A DNA stretch of 64,000 nt from Octopus bimaculoides (taxonomy: Eukaryota), in the NCBI RefSeq assembly GCF_001194135.2, contig NC_068989.1, forward strand, positions 14,340,743 to 14,404,742. The letters are read 5' to 3'. This document shows, piece after piece, positions 40,560 through 52,673 of this stretch. Under the pieces are notes generated by a model. That model was given only the letters and a program-made list of their open reading frames with translations, was not told the origin of the DNA and made no database searches. The position numbers and the translations under genes are program-made. The first letter of the stretch is position 1; each line of letters begins with the position of its first letter.

Positions 40560-40803
40560 GGCCATAGCGTAGTGGTTAACAGCGCAGGCTACTAACCCCA
40601 AGATTCCGAGTTCGATTCCAAGCAGTAACCTGAACAATAATAATAATAATAATATCGAAAAATACCTTTGGGATGAGATCCCAGGTTCGAAATTTCCCCA
40701 AGACACCTGATGAAGGCTGGAGGGCATATCAGCCGAAACGTTGTGTTAACAAACAAGATGAGAACAAATATCCGTTAAATGTAATTAATATAAATAATGT
40801 AAT
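40560..40803 (+). mobile_element. Non-autonomous element: tRNA-derived head + (AAT)n + hammerhead-containing PLE-like tail
   Basis: A box TAGCGTAGTGG at 40565, B box GTTCGATTC at 40610, hammerhead at 40702-40747; partial homologues at 15135 and 49050. Confidence 0.8.
40702..40747 (+). ncRNA. Minimal type I hammerhead ribozyme (predicted)
   Basis: Stem I GACAC/GTGTT; CTGATGA 40707-13; extra A; stem II GGCTG/CAGCC; GAAAC 40735-39; GUU site, cut after 40742; loopless stem III. Confidence 0.8.
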
Positions 40804-40849
40804 ATTAAGTCTGATACAATTAAGATTATGTAAGGCAGCGAGCCTCAGT

Positions 40850-41410
40850 AAGGCAGTGAGCTGGCAGAATGGTTAGAATGCTGGGTAAAATGCTTAACAG
40901 CATTTCATCCGTCTTTACGTCCTGTGTTCGAATTCCGTCGAGGTCAAACTTTATCTTTCATCCTTTCTGGGTCGATAAAAAAAAGTCCCATTAGAGCAGT
41001 TGGCTCTTCCCCCCGCTCTTTCTGACCTTGTGCCAAAATTTGAAGCTAATATTTCTTATAGCACTAATCCGACGAGATGGCAGAGCTGTCAGCACGCCGA
41101 AGAAAATGCTTAGTGGCATTTCGCTCGTCTTGACATTCTGGGTTCAAATTCCGCCGAGGTCAACTTTACCTTTCAACCTATTCGGATCGATAAAATAATG
41201 ACCAACTGAACTATATTATCCTACAAGCTCGTTATCGCAGACATCATAGCGTGAAGTGATCCCGTGATTCCTCAGCCAATATAAAGAAGTATCGGCATGC
41301 TTCGATCCAGCTGATATGATGTGTCATAAATGTGTAGTTGAAAATATCTCGATGTAAGCGATTTATCCCCTCCACGAACTTGCTAGCCTTATGCCAAAAT
41401 TTAAGGCCAA
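40850..41410 (+). mobile_element. Two head-to-tail SINE B copies; the second is split by a 141-bp insertion
   Basis: Heads at about 40850 and 41070; SINE resumes GATGTAAGCGATTTATCCCCTCC at 41351. Confidence 0.85.
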
Positions 41411-41429
41411 TGTTCAATTCCAGTGTCTT

Positions 41430-42470
41430 TGGAATCATAAAGGATTTGATTGTAAGTAGTTTTTGTAATCTAGCTTCCTTAAATTTAGGATATATATCAT
41501 AATAAAATTCCTGAGATAAAAGACTTCAGTAATAAAGCTAATTGAAATTATTTTCTCGTAGCATAAACTTGTATTTGTAATAATCCATTTGTGTTATTTT
41601 CTTGGTTTTTCATGAAACATCACGTTAAGCCAGCTTTCCATCTTTTATCACCAAATGGAAATGGCAATGGAAGTTGCAACGGTCATAATTTAGATGAATA
41701 GATTTTATTGTTTGAAGTTGAAACCTTTCTTACAACACCTCATTTACCTAACCTAATATGTCGTTCAGGTTGCATGGTTTGCAACTCGGTATCTGCCATA
41801 ATTACTACAACTTTTGCAATGGGCTGATTGTATCTTTGAAATTCAAATAAAAGGACTTCTATATTTTCAGAAATAACCATTGAAATTGTCGAGTATTAAC
41901 TGCATCCAAAGTATTCTTTGCTATATTATCCTACAAGCTCGTTATCGCAGACATCATAGCGTGAAGTGATCCCGTGATTCCTCAGCCAATAATAAAGAAG
42001 TATCGGCATGCTTCGATCCAGTTGATATGATGTGTCATAAATGTGTAGTTGAGAATATCTCGCTTCTTGATTTTTCGGAACAAATTAAATTTGAAGGTAA
42101 TCAATGAAATACCCCGACCATGTACTTAATGGATATATATACACATAGTTGCTATTTGAATTGCTGTCTTAAGCGCCATTATGTCTGAGGATGTAAAAGC
42201 GAAAACTGTGATGTAATTTTAGATTTGAAGTTGATGCATTTTAAAGTTAAAAGACCTTTCAGCTCTGGAAGTGGATCAAAAACAAATGGTAATACCATCT
42301 GCCCATTACTACAGCACAAATCAAACTTACTATTTGTTCACCAGTTGAAACCCTTTCTTTAACTACATATTCACACCACACTTTGCATGTTTAGTATCCA
42401 TCTTTCCAACATAAGTTTTCAATTCTTGATTTTTCAAATTCATCAAATATCGTATTTCTAAACATTTATT
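41430..42470 (-). pseudogene. Decayed Helitron RepHel N-terminal coding relic
   Basis: Ordered motifs on -: YVGKMD, LCCSNGQMVLP (about 42287-42319), KVHGRVFH, FVPKNQEARYSQLHIYD, YD(P)LQLPLPFPFGDKRW (about 41638-41686), MDYYKYKFMLRENNFN. Matches the Helitron CCxxGxVxLP / GQVYH / AQLYxYD / YDPLQYPLLFP series. Confidence 0.85.
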
Positions 42471-42499
42471 TAGGTAGTGGGTAGCGATTTTCTTCACTA

Positions 42500-42830
42500 C
42501 TTCAGGGAGTGACGACCCTGCCTGACACGAATACCGGGCTCAGCTGGCTCCGGCTGACTGTACCCGGTATGGGTCCCTATCCAGGGTAACGGAAAGGAGA
42601 CAACCTTCAAAGAAATCCGGAGTGGAGCCCCGTAGGCAATTTAGTGTTCGACTCGACACTCTTCTGGCAGCTCCTGCAACCAAGCTGGTGCCAAACGTAA
42701 TGCTCTGCACTCCTTTGAACTACGTCAGCAAGGTCGAGAGAGGAATCCTGACGATTGGGCGACCCAGGATTTTCTTACATCTAGCCCAGGCCTGCGCAAA
42801 ACTGGAGAGGACATGAAATGTAAAAACCAG
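42500..42830 (+). mobile_element. GC-richer repeat-like segment, possibly a LINE (RTE-type) 5' UTR
   Basis: Composition shift and the CCGGAGTGGAGCCCC motif; from recall only, no ORF support. Confidence 0.35.
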
Positions 42831-43633
42831 ACTGGACTAGTTCATGCGTAACTCCACTCTCTCACGCGACAAAAGGACACCAACAACAAACATTTATTAA
42901 AATGCTTTGAAACAGCTCCCGAATATTTTTGGTACATTTTTAAAAGCAGCCACTTGCAGCCTTTTCTTCCCTTGTTTGAAATTCCTCTAGATTAGGGATT
43001 CTTATCCTTTCTGTGTTTTGTCTCTAACATAAGTAATCTGAAGCTTTTTGTACCTTTGCATTAGCCATTTCTTATATAATTTTCCCGATCTTAAAATATT
43101 TACAGTGGATTTTGCTTCAGAAAAACGTTCACTGACCAATGTCGTTGCTGCCATCCTACACCTTGACCCTGTATTTCAGTCTCTCAACGACTGTGACACA
43201 CGTGGATAAGTAAGAATAAGGACGAAACATGCAAATGGGCGAAACAAGTTCGTATCAAACTTGCTTCACCTATTTGCATGTTTCCTCCTCGTTCCTGAAA
43301 GCTTTAAATACAGGTTCGTACATTTTGTCTCTAATAATTGAGGCAATATTCTTGCGAGCATCGACTAAGCTCGCTTGACACACTAAGCTTACTTGAAACT
43401 AATGCTTTGTTGGTACATAGGAACATACCCGCGTCTTTAGTAAGACATGCGTTTTTGGTGAGTAGAGAGGTTTCAACCGTTCCTTTTCTTAACAACATGA
43501 TCAAAAGAAGAATAGCAAATTCTTTCGACGTATAAGTCTGACATAGTAACCTGCCCTCTACTAATTCACTTTTGATTAGTCTGTGACCGCTTTTAGCAAC
43601 GTTACAAAAGGAAATGTCTTTAGTCGTGAAACT

Positions 43634-43698
<65 letters not shown>

Positions 43699-44177
43699 GC
43701 CGTCAATAAAGTCGATTCTTGTCTCCATTATGTCAATATTTTTGTCTCTGTCTTGTGGCAATAAAATTGTTAAAATTTTTTTTTTCTTCTTCCTTTTCTT
43801 AATATTCGTCTGTTGAAAACTCTTCTTTCTGTTCTCTTGCAACGACATTGGTTAGTTGTCACTTCCGTGTTTAAGACAGTAGTGTTGTTAGAGAGATTTG
43901 ACTGCTATTTCTAACAGGACAAATAGCCATGTAGACGATCAATCATTGACTCAGCCTCATATGACAGATGATTGTTTTACCCCTAATCCAACATGCCTAT
44001 TATGAAAGGTGACCTGGCCGTGATTATCCAGTCTTTTTGTATATTAAGGGCTGTATAGTCTGATGTGTCCATTATTATTTTTAAACGGTTTGGTGTGATT
44101 TGAAGTTAGTTTTGCTGCTATTTCTCGCATTTTGAACAAAAGCGTAGCTCTTCCCTCAGCGTAATGTACGCCGCTAA

Positions 44178-44395
44178 CAGGCGGTGAGATGGCAGAACCG
44201 TTAGCACGCTGGGCAAAATGCTTGACGGCATTTCATCCGCCTTTTCGTTCCGTGTTCAAATTCCGCCCAGGTCGACTTTGCCTTTCATCCTTCCGGGGTC
44301 GATAAAACAAGTACCAGTTTTACACTGGGATCGTTGTAATCGACTTACCTCCCCCCATTGAAAATTTCTGGCCTTGTTCTAATATCTGAAGCCAA
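44178..44395 (+). mobile_element. SINE family B
   Basis: GGCGGTGAGATGGCAGAACCGTTAGCACGC...GTTCAAATTCCGCC. Confidence 0.9.
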
Positions 44396-44619
44396 TGAAT
44401 GCTTTTGATGGCAGCTGCTGCGCACAGTTAACGCTATTTTCCAAAAATACCAGTAATTATACTGGTTTGCGAATGACCATTTGGGAGTTGTCACTATAGA
44501 TGACTGCACAGGTAAGATATTTCAATTCACGTCTATCAGTTAATTAGTTCGATGACTAAAGATTGCAGGTGTTTGCAAACGAAATTTTATTACCAAAGTT
44601 TACAGCTAGTATAACTGCT

Positions 44620-44773
44620 TCTACCACCACCACCACCACAACCACCAGCACCACCACCATCACCCCCACCACCATCACCACCACCACCATCACCATCACC
44701 ACCACCACCATCACCACCACCACCACCACCACCACCACGACCATCACCACGACCATCACCACCACTACCACCA

Positions 44774-44833
<60 letters not shown>

Positions 44834-44880
44834 CACTACTACTACTACTACTACTACTACCATTGCTACTGCAGCCGTTA
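44620..44880. repeat. CCA/TCA/CTA/CTG compound trinucleotide array
   Basis: Direct reading. Confidence 0.95.
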
Positions 44881-46465
44881 ATACTACACCTACGACTGGT
44901 CGGAGTCAATTTGGGAACCTTTACGTGGTCATTCAATCTGCTTGAAATAGCAGCCAAATCCCTTTTGAAAATGGGAAGTGCACGCTGGAAAGTATAATCC
45001 TAGATACACTATGCTTGAAAAAGAATGCGGTACGATCAATTATGGACCAGTCTACGAAGATTGATCTTGAACTAAGCAACAACGATTACTACATCTAGGG
45101 CTGCTACTGCGACCACTGCTGCTAACTTGCTATCACAGCCATGGCACGGGTTTCAATAGTCATAGCAACACCATGTTTAGTAGACATTTTATGCTTTTTT
45201 TCTCTCGCGTATGTTCAACGACTGGCTATTAAGTGATTCATGGAGGTGATATCAGAAGCGATAAATAAATATCGAGATGTGATATCAGAGGTGATAAATA
45301 TTCGAAAGATTACCGAGGCAGAAACCTCTTCGGGCAAAACCTGTCTCTCTCTATTTATTTATAAGTGTGCGTTGTGATGTACGCCGAACAAAGACGCCGC
45401 AAAAGGTAGTTCCATATGCTACGACAGACTGTAGACACCACGATGTCTGTCTCCGTTCTTTTCTGTTTAAATAATTAAGCTGTTTGACCCTTTTGTTTCT
45501 GTTTTTGTTTTTTTTTTGGCCTCTCTCTTTTTCTGTTCTCATAAAAAAGATATGCCTAAAAGAAATATTTCGTTGACATTATATATATANNNNNNNNNNN
45601 NNNNNNNNNNNNNNNNNNNNNNNNNNNNNNNNNNNNNNNNNNNNNNNNNNNNNNNNNNNNNNNNNNNNNNNNNNNNNNNNNNNNNNNNNNNNNNNNNNNN
45701 NNNNNNNNNNNNNNNNNNNNNNNNNNNNNNNNNNNNNNNNNNNNNNNNNNNNNNNNNNNNNNNNNNNNNNNNNNNNNNNNNNNNNNNNNNNNNNNNNNNN
45801 NNNNNNNNNNNNNNNNNNNNNNNNNNNNNNNNNNNNNNNNNNNNNNNNNNNNNNNNNNNNNNNNNNNNNNNNNNNNNNNNNNNNNNNNNNNNNNNNNNNN
45901 NNNNNNNNNNNNNNNNNNNNNNNNNNNNNNNNNNNNNNNNNNNNNNNNNNNNNNNNNNNNNNNNNNNNNNNNNNNNNNNNNNNNNNNNNNNNNNNNNNNN
46001 NNNNNNNNNNNNNNNNNNNNNNNNNNNNNNNNNNNNNNNNNNNNNNNNNNNNNNNNNNNNNNNNNNNNNNNNNNNNNNNNNNNNNNNNNNNNNNNNNNNN
46101 NNNNNNNNNNNNNNNNNNNNNNNNNNNNNNNNNNNNNNNNNNNNNNNNNNNNNNNNNNNNNNNNNNNNNNNNNNNNNNNNNNNNNNNNNNNNNNNNNNNN
46201 NNNNNNNNNNNNNNNNNNNNNNNNNNNNNNNNNNNNNNNNNNNNNNNNNNNNNNNNNNNNNNNNNNNNNNNNNNNNNNNNNNNNNNNNNNNNNNNNNNNN
46301 NNNNNNNNNNNNNNNNNNNNNNNNNNNNNNNNNNNNNNNNNNNNNNNNNNNNNNNNNNNNNNNNNNNNNNNNNNNNNNNNNNNNNNNNNNNNNNNNNNNN
46401 NNNNNNNNNNNNNNNNNNNNNNNNNNNNNNNNNNNNNNNNNNNNNNNNNNNNNNNNNNNNNNNNN

Positions 46466-46858
46466 ATCTCTTTTACTCTTTTACTTGTTTCAGTCATTTG
46501 ACTGTGTCCATGCTGGAGCACCGCCTTCAGTCGAGCAAATCGACCCAAGGACTTATTCTTTGTAAGCCTAGTACTTATTCTATTAGTATCTTTTGCCGAA
46601 CCGCTAAGTTACAGGGACGTAAACAGACTAGCATCGGTTGTCAAGCGATGTTGGAGGGACAAGCACAGACACACAAACACATACATACACATACAGACGG
46701 GCTTCTTTTAGTTTCCATCTACCAAATCCACTCACATGGCTTTGGTCAGCTCGAGGCTATAGTAGAAGACACTTGCCCAAAGTGCCACGCAGTGGGTCTG
46801 AACCCAGAACCATGTGGTTGGTAAGCAAGCTACTTACCACACAGCCACTCCTGCGCCT
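46466..46858 (-). mobile_element. SINE family A, full length
   Basis: Both halves; head ends CCACTCCTGCGCC on +. Confidence 0.92.
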
Positions 46859-46869
46859 ATACACATAGA

Positions 46870-47130
46870 TATTAACTCTTCGAAACGCTTAGTTTTAGTA
46901 TGGTGGCAGCTGATGAAGGAACTGTTCTCTATATGGCCTGTGTGTTTTCTGTGCTCTATTTATGTTCTGTTTTTCATTTTGTCCATGTTTTTTTGTGACG
47001 TCCTGCACCCAGATATGCATCTATATATACATGTAGATGTAAGTATGTACATACATGTACGTATATATGCATATACTCACATATTATTTGTATTATACAT
47101 AGATATACATACATACATACATATACATAT
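46870..47130 (+). mobile_element. Repeat family E
   Basis: TTCGAAACG...CTGATGAAGGAACTGTTCT...TCCTGCACCCAGATATGCATCTAT. Confidence 0.72.
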
Positions 47131-47302
47131 ATGTATACACACACACACACACACACAGACACACACACACACACACACACACATACACCGTATATGCATT
47201 GATAAGTAATGCACTGTTTTCCCATTGGAAATAATGGACTATTTTGATAAAAACAGACACAAGAAAGTGGGGGCTCTTATACGATCTGAAACCAAACATT
47301 TT

Positions 47303-47354
47303 GGTTGTGACATGGGTTGTGACATGGGTTGTGACATGGGTTGTGACATGGGTT
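47303..47354. repeat. Perfect 12-bp tandem repeat (GGTTGTGACATG)x4
   Basis: Direct reading. Confidence 0.95.
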
Positions 47355-48004
47355 TTTATAGATAACGACGATTATTTAGTATATATTTTTACAGGAGAGT
47401 AAGAAGATATATGGTGAGATACATCAAACCGAAGCTGGTTTAATAAGCACTGAGTTAGAGGATTCTTCGTCGGATGGATACCTTTATAGCCATTTGTAGT
47501 CAGTGGTTAGAACTTGTGCCGCCTGGAGGTGGGTCGGTGGGGGCGAGCTGAGAGGAAGAATTCTTGAATTTCTTGCTTTTTTTTTTCTCACTAAAAATAC
47601 AATGTACATCAAACGTACTTGAACAGAAAGGAAAATAAAGAAAAAAGAAAAAAAACGACGTATGGAGAGAAATATGGAGAAGGAAAAATTTTAGACGCCA
47701 TGTTTACTTAACTTCCGAAGTGAAAAAAGAAAATTAGCTACGTTTCTATAAACATTATCGATTACGCGCTCACTATCGCTGCCTTACTATTTCACCTGTG
47801 TGTGTGTGTGTGTGTGTGTGTNNNNNNNNNNNNNNNNNNNNNNNNNNNNNNNNNNNNNNNNNNNNNNNNNNNNNNNNNNNNNNNNNNNNNNNNNNNNNNN
47901 NNNNNNNNNNNNNNNNNNNNNNNNNNNNNNNNNNNNNNNNNNNNNNNNNNNNNNNNNNNNNNNNNNNNNNNNNNNNNNNNNNNNTGTGTCTGTGTGTGCG
48001 CGCG

Positions 48005-48041
<37 letters not shown>

Positions 48042-48119
48042 GCAAGCACATGCAATGAGTATCATCGCATGTGTGGTTCTATGTACCTTTTATTTTTTAT
48101 TGTATTTTTATTTATTTAT

Positions 48120-48300
48120 TTCAGTTATTAGACTGCGGCCATGCTGGGGCACCACCTTGAAGAATTTGTAGTCGAATAAATCAACACCCCAGTACTCTTT
48201 GTTGTTGTTGTTGTTGTTGTTGCTAAGTTTAGTATTTATTCCGTCGGTCTTTTTAGCCGAGCCCCTAAGTGACGGGGATGTAATCACACCAAATCCGGTT
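48120..48300 (-). mobile_element. SINE family A, diverged 3' half
   Basis: GACTGCGGCCATGCTGGGGCACC...CTAAGTGACGGGGATGTAA. Confidence 0.8.
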
Positions 48301-48615
48301 TTGCGTAATATAAGAGAAATCAATTAGAAACTGTTTGATATGTGTCACGGCGATGTTTTTCTTTAATGTACTCGCTCCCACTAACTATAGAATTTGGCTA
48401 CACCCCTGGGTAACACGGGTGTCTTTCAAAACGAAATACAGCCGCTTCTGTAGTTTATATGTTGGTAAGGACACGTGGCTGTAGCATAGGAGAAATTGCT
48501 GCGGTTTTCCAGGTCCTGTCATATTTTTCATTACTGTTGCGCTTCAAGATAAGAAGTGCGATGTACGCTTAAGAGGAACTCGTGTTCAAACACGAGTTGA
48601 TTTCTATCGTTCATT

Positions 48616-48652
<37 letters not shown>

Positions 48653-49049
48653 CGCCGTGGACCTAGTGTCCTGGATGAAGAATTCGGAGTTTAAGTTCCA
48701 ATTCATTTGAGCACTACTACGCGTTTTCTGTACTGAGCATACCTAGCTCTCGCTTGTTTGTCAACAAACAGCCATGGAGATCGAACTCACATCCTCCAAG
48801 ACTCCGATTGAGTGCATTACCATTAAAGCATTCAGCGAAACTGCCTGCCGGCAAATCCATCCACTGATTTGTTAACAAATTTTTCTGCCTTGTAAGTGTA
48901 ATTTACCCCCTATTTCTGCGGTTCTATCGGCATTACTGCGTTCGAAAAATTATCTTGTTTGTATCGTACAATGCATATTTCGATGCTTTTGATAAAAACA
49001 AATGTTAGTTTGCTTATATTTATACACACGTGGTTGTTCAATAACCTAT

Positions 49050-49249
49050 TTAGCACATTATTTACTTTATTTACATTATTTACATTTGGCGGATATTTGT
49101 CCTCATCTTGTTGTTAACACAACGTTTCAGCTGATATACCCTCCAGCCTTCATCAGGTGTCTTGGGGAAATTTCGAACCTGAGTTCTCATTCCTAAGGTA
49201 TTTTTCGATGTTAATATTAATTTCAAGTCCTCATCTCTTAAATATAGAA
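49050..49249 (-). mobile_element. 5'-truncated copy of the tRNA-hammerhead element with an inverted terminal fragment (49228-49249)
   Basis: Reverse complement aligns to 40655-40800. Confidence 0.85.
49116..49161 (-). ncRNA. Minimal type I hammerhead ribozyme, second copy (predicted)
   Basis: On -: GACAC CTGATGA A GGCTG GAGGGTATAT CAGCT GAAAC GTT GTGTT; the first stem II pair is G-U. Confidence 0.72.
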
Positions 49250-49823
49250 GCTATTTAGCATCTAAATACATATATATAGACGTGTGTGGATATATATATN
49301 NNNNNNNNNNNNNNNNNNNNNNNNNNNNNNNNNNNNNNNNNNNNNNNNNNNNNNNNNNNNNNNNNNNNNNNNNNNNNNNNNNNNNNNNNNNNNNNNNNNN
49401 NNNNNNNNNNNNNNNNNNNNNNNNNNNNNNNNNNNNNNNNNNNNNNNNNNNNNNNNNNNNNNNNNNNNNNNNNNNNNNNNNNNNNNNNNNNNNNNNNNNN
49501 NNNNNNNNNNNNNNNNNNNNNNNNNNNNNNNNNNNNNNNNNNNNNNNNNNNNNTTTTGCTTGTCGTTTCTGTGACGGTGCCGGACTTCAGTTGCGGTGGT
49601 AATGTCATTACGTTTTTATTTAAAAAAAAAAAAATGATCAATGTTTATTTAAACTTGTTCATCAACATTTGGTAATTATACGAGGTTATGCAGAAAATAT
49701 TTCTAGCTGTAATCATTTCTGAATATTAATGCGAAGCCTATACCATTACTTCTAGCAGTGTGGTCATGATGGATGTCTTCATATCTAACTAAAACAACAC
49801 CAGAATTCAATTCCATCATCATC

Positions 49824-50830
49824 CAGTGTTTCTCAAAATTTTTACCCTTGCGTAACCCTTAAAATAAATTACGTCTCAAGGAACCCCTGCACAAAAAATA
49901 TTACATACCATATCTTTCTCATTTTTTCACCGTAGTTCACAAGGTAAATATCATTTATATACATGTGGTTGTTATATTTTTTGATAACATAATAGGTTAG
50001 AGAGGATGATGTCTATATTACAATATTACAATTATCAATAATATGCTGTGCATGTATAGTAATATAGAAGGATAGATTGTATTCCATCTAATGTGGCTCT
50101 ACTCAGAAGGCTGTAATATCAGTTGACAGGAACACGGTATAAAGAAATACATGGAACAATGTGGTAACTTTTAATGTCTTTAATGCCGGCCACACGTATA
50201 TATACACAAGCTGAATGATAAATGGAAGTGGTTGATGGACATTTATTCATATATCTACATGCATCTGCGTGGGTTGTATGTTTGCTGTTAACCCTGGTGA
50301 GAAAGATCAATATGTTAGAACCTGTGCAGTGTTGTCAGTGCTGTGTAGAGATGTTGCTGACGATGTTGGTGAGAAACATGATGGTGACAACGAAGATGGA
50401 GGTAGCTGTAATGTGGTCAGTGGTTAGACCTTAGAAGTTCTGGAACCAACAGACTCTGAGACTAGGAGAAGGTGAGTATTTATAGCTAACGATAGGCCCA
50501 ACTGGAGATTAGAACAGACTATCTCACGTGATCTATTTGGAGGCTGCGATTGGTTAGGTTGCATATTGGCGCACGACAGAGTAAGAGACAAATTGCGGCA
50601 ATATCAACCAATCAGAGTGGTAGACACAACGGGGTCCAAACGGCGCCCAAAGGTTAACCGTTACCTGCTACGTTCGTATGTATGTATATATAATAGAGAG
50701 AGGAAGTTTACTAGAATTCGCTACAGTAATATTCCGATCATGAAATTAGCATTAGCTTACCTCACTCTTTCTCGCGGAACCCCTAGGAACCTTTCGCGGA
50801 ATTCTAGGGTTCCGGGGAACCCCAGTTAAC
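49824..50830 (+). mobile_element. Probable hAT-type MITE, split by an insertion
   Basis: Left end CAGTGTTTCTCAAA; right-end-like GAACCCCTAGG...CTAGGGTTCCGGGGAACCCCAG; right TIR is eroded. Confidence 0.5.
50160..50672 (-). promoter_or_regulatory. LTR-like or Pol II promoter cassette
   Basis: On -: two CCAAT boxes, CACGTG, CTATAAATAC, then AATAAA and ATTAAA, ending GTTACCACA; no TSD found. Confidence 0.4.
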
Positions 50831-52642
50831 TGACATCCCAATTACTTTCACAGATAGTTGAGCGCTAGTAATTTACATTAACTCCTGCGTTTGCTTATGT
50901 GTGCGTCTGTTTACACGTTATACACACACTATATACACACCTTCCATTACCTAACCAACCAATTTCGCAAACTATCATTAAAGCTTTTTCTTTTTTTTTC
51001 TCTATTCACTTTCTTTCATTGTTGAATCATTTTCAATGCAACAATAAATTTATTTTAGCTTTAATTTTTTAAAAACATTAGCATTTTTATATTTAAATAA
51101 AAAAATAAAAATAAAAAGAATAATAATCAAGAATGATTTATTGCCAAAATATTTTACTAACCGTTGAGTAGGGCAAATAACGCGCGTGCGCGCACACGCA
51201 CACACGCACACGCACACACACACACACACACATACACACAAGCATATAACAAAATATGCCTGATTTATATGAGTGGTTTTATATGAATGTATTTGTGAAT
51301 GTGTGTGTGTAACATCCATTTTCTCATCGCTGGAAGAATGGAAGAATGGAAGAAGGTTTATGTGCCACATATGTGGTACTATCAAAAATCTACGAGCCTT
51401 TTGCCCTCAGCAGAGGATAAAAATGTGGGAAGACTTGCACTGCAGTCAACCCCGAAACCACTGCAATGGTAACACTAATAATAACAAACGCTACAATTAA
51501 AACAACTTATTAACAGCAGTAGCAATTACAATAAGAGAGGCGACAACAGCAACAGAAACAACAGCAGCACCAGCAAAAACGGCAGCGACAGTAACAACAA
51601 CAACTATAACAGACCCCCCCCCCCAAAAAAAAAACTACAATATCAGGACCGCCACTGCAACCAAAAGAAACCTCTCAGCACTACTTTCTCTTTAGCAAAA
51701 TAAACATACTCAGGCTTATCTTTCCATCTGTTTCGAACTTTCAAACTTTTCAAGTACGAAGATATCGTAGTGGAGCAAAGTCGAGGCAAAATCTCGTCGC
51801 AAGAAGAGTGCGTTAGAGTATATAGGAAAATAAAAAGAAAACTAGAGAGACTAAAGAGTTAATTTAAAGGAGGAAGGTCCGACAGGTTTACAGGGAGTCC
51901 ATCAAACAGTCACACCACATCGACCGATACCAATGCGACAGCAACAACTATTGACAAAACACAAACCTGCAACTATACCAAGAACAGGAAAGCAAATACA
52001 ACAACAATAGCAAAAGCGACAAAAGGAACAACAAAAACAACAAGTCAACAACATGAACAACTTCAACAGCGAAACACACAAAAAGTACCCTTCATAAATT
52101 TCTAATAATAATAATCCTTTCTACTATACTTTATTTCATTGACCCCGGTGGGATTCGAACTCGGAACGTCAAGAACCGTAGGTAATTGTTACAATGTGCA
52201 TTGTCCGTTGTTCTGATGTGCGGAGAAGAAAGAAGATGAACGTGATGCCGGTTATTATGTCAAAAATAGAAATGTGTAATTTACAGAAATATNNNNNNNN
52301 NNNNNNNNNNNNNNNNNNNNNNNNNNNNNNNNNNNNNNNNNNNNNNNNNNNNNNNNNNNNNNNNNNNNNNNNNNNNNNNNNNNNNNNNNNNNNNNNNNNN
52401 NNNNNNNNNNNNNNNNNNNNNNNNNNNNNNNNNNNNNNNNNNNNNNNNNNNNNNNNNNNNNNNNNNNNNNNNNNNNNNNNNNNNNNNNNNNNNNNNNNNN
52501 NNNNNNNNNNNNNNNNNTCTGTTAAAGAAAATCTTGTAATTATTTTCGTTACTATTGCTGCTCTTCTTTGTCGCTGACCTTGCTGTTACCGCCGATGTTG
52601 TTATTGATGATGGTGATGATGATGATGATGATGATGATATTA

Positions 52643-52673
<31 letters not shown>

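Noticed and set aside
41211-42062. LTR pair or TRIM
   Set aside because: No TG...CA ends, PBS, PPT or TSD; one copy is integral to the Helitron relic and the other interrupts a SINE.
47303-47354. CRISPR-like array
   Set aside because: Contiguous 12-mers without spacers, in eukaryotic DNA.
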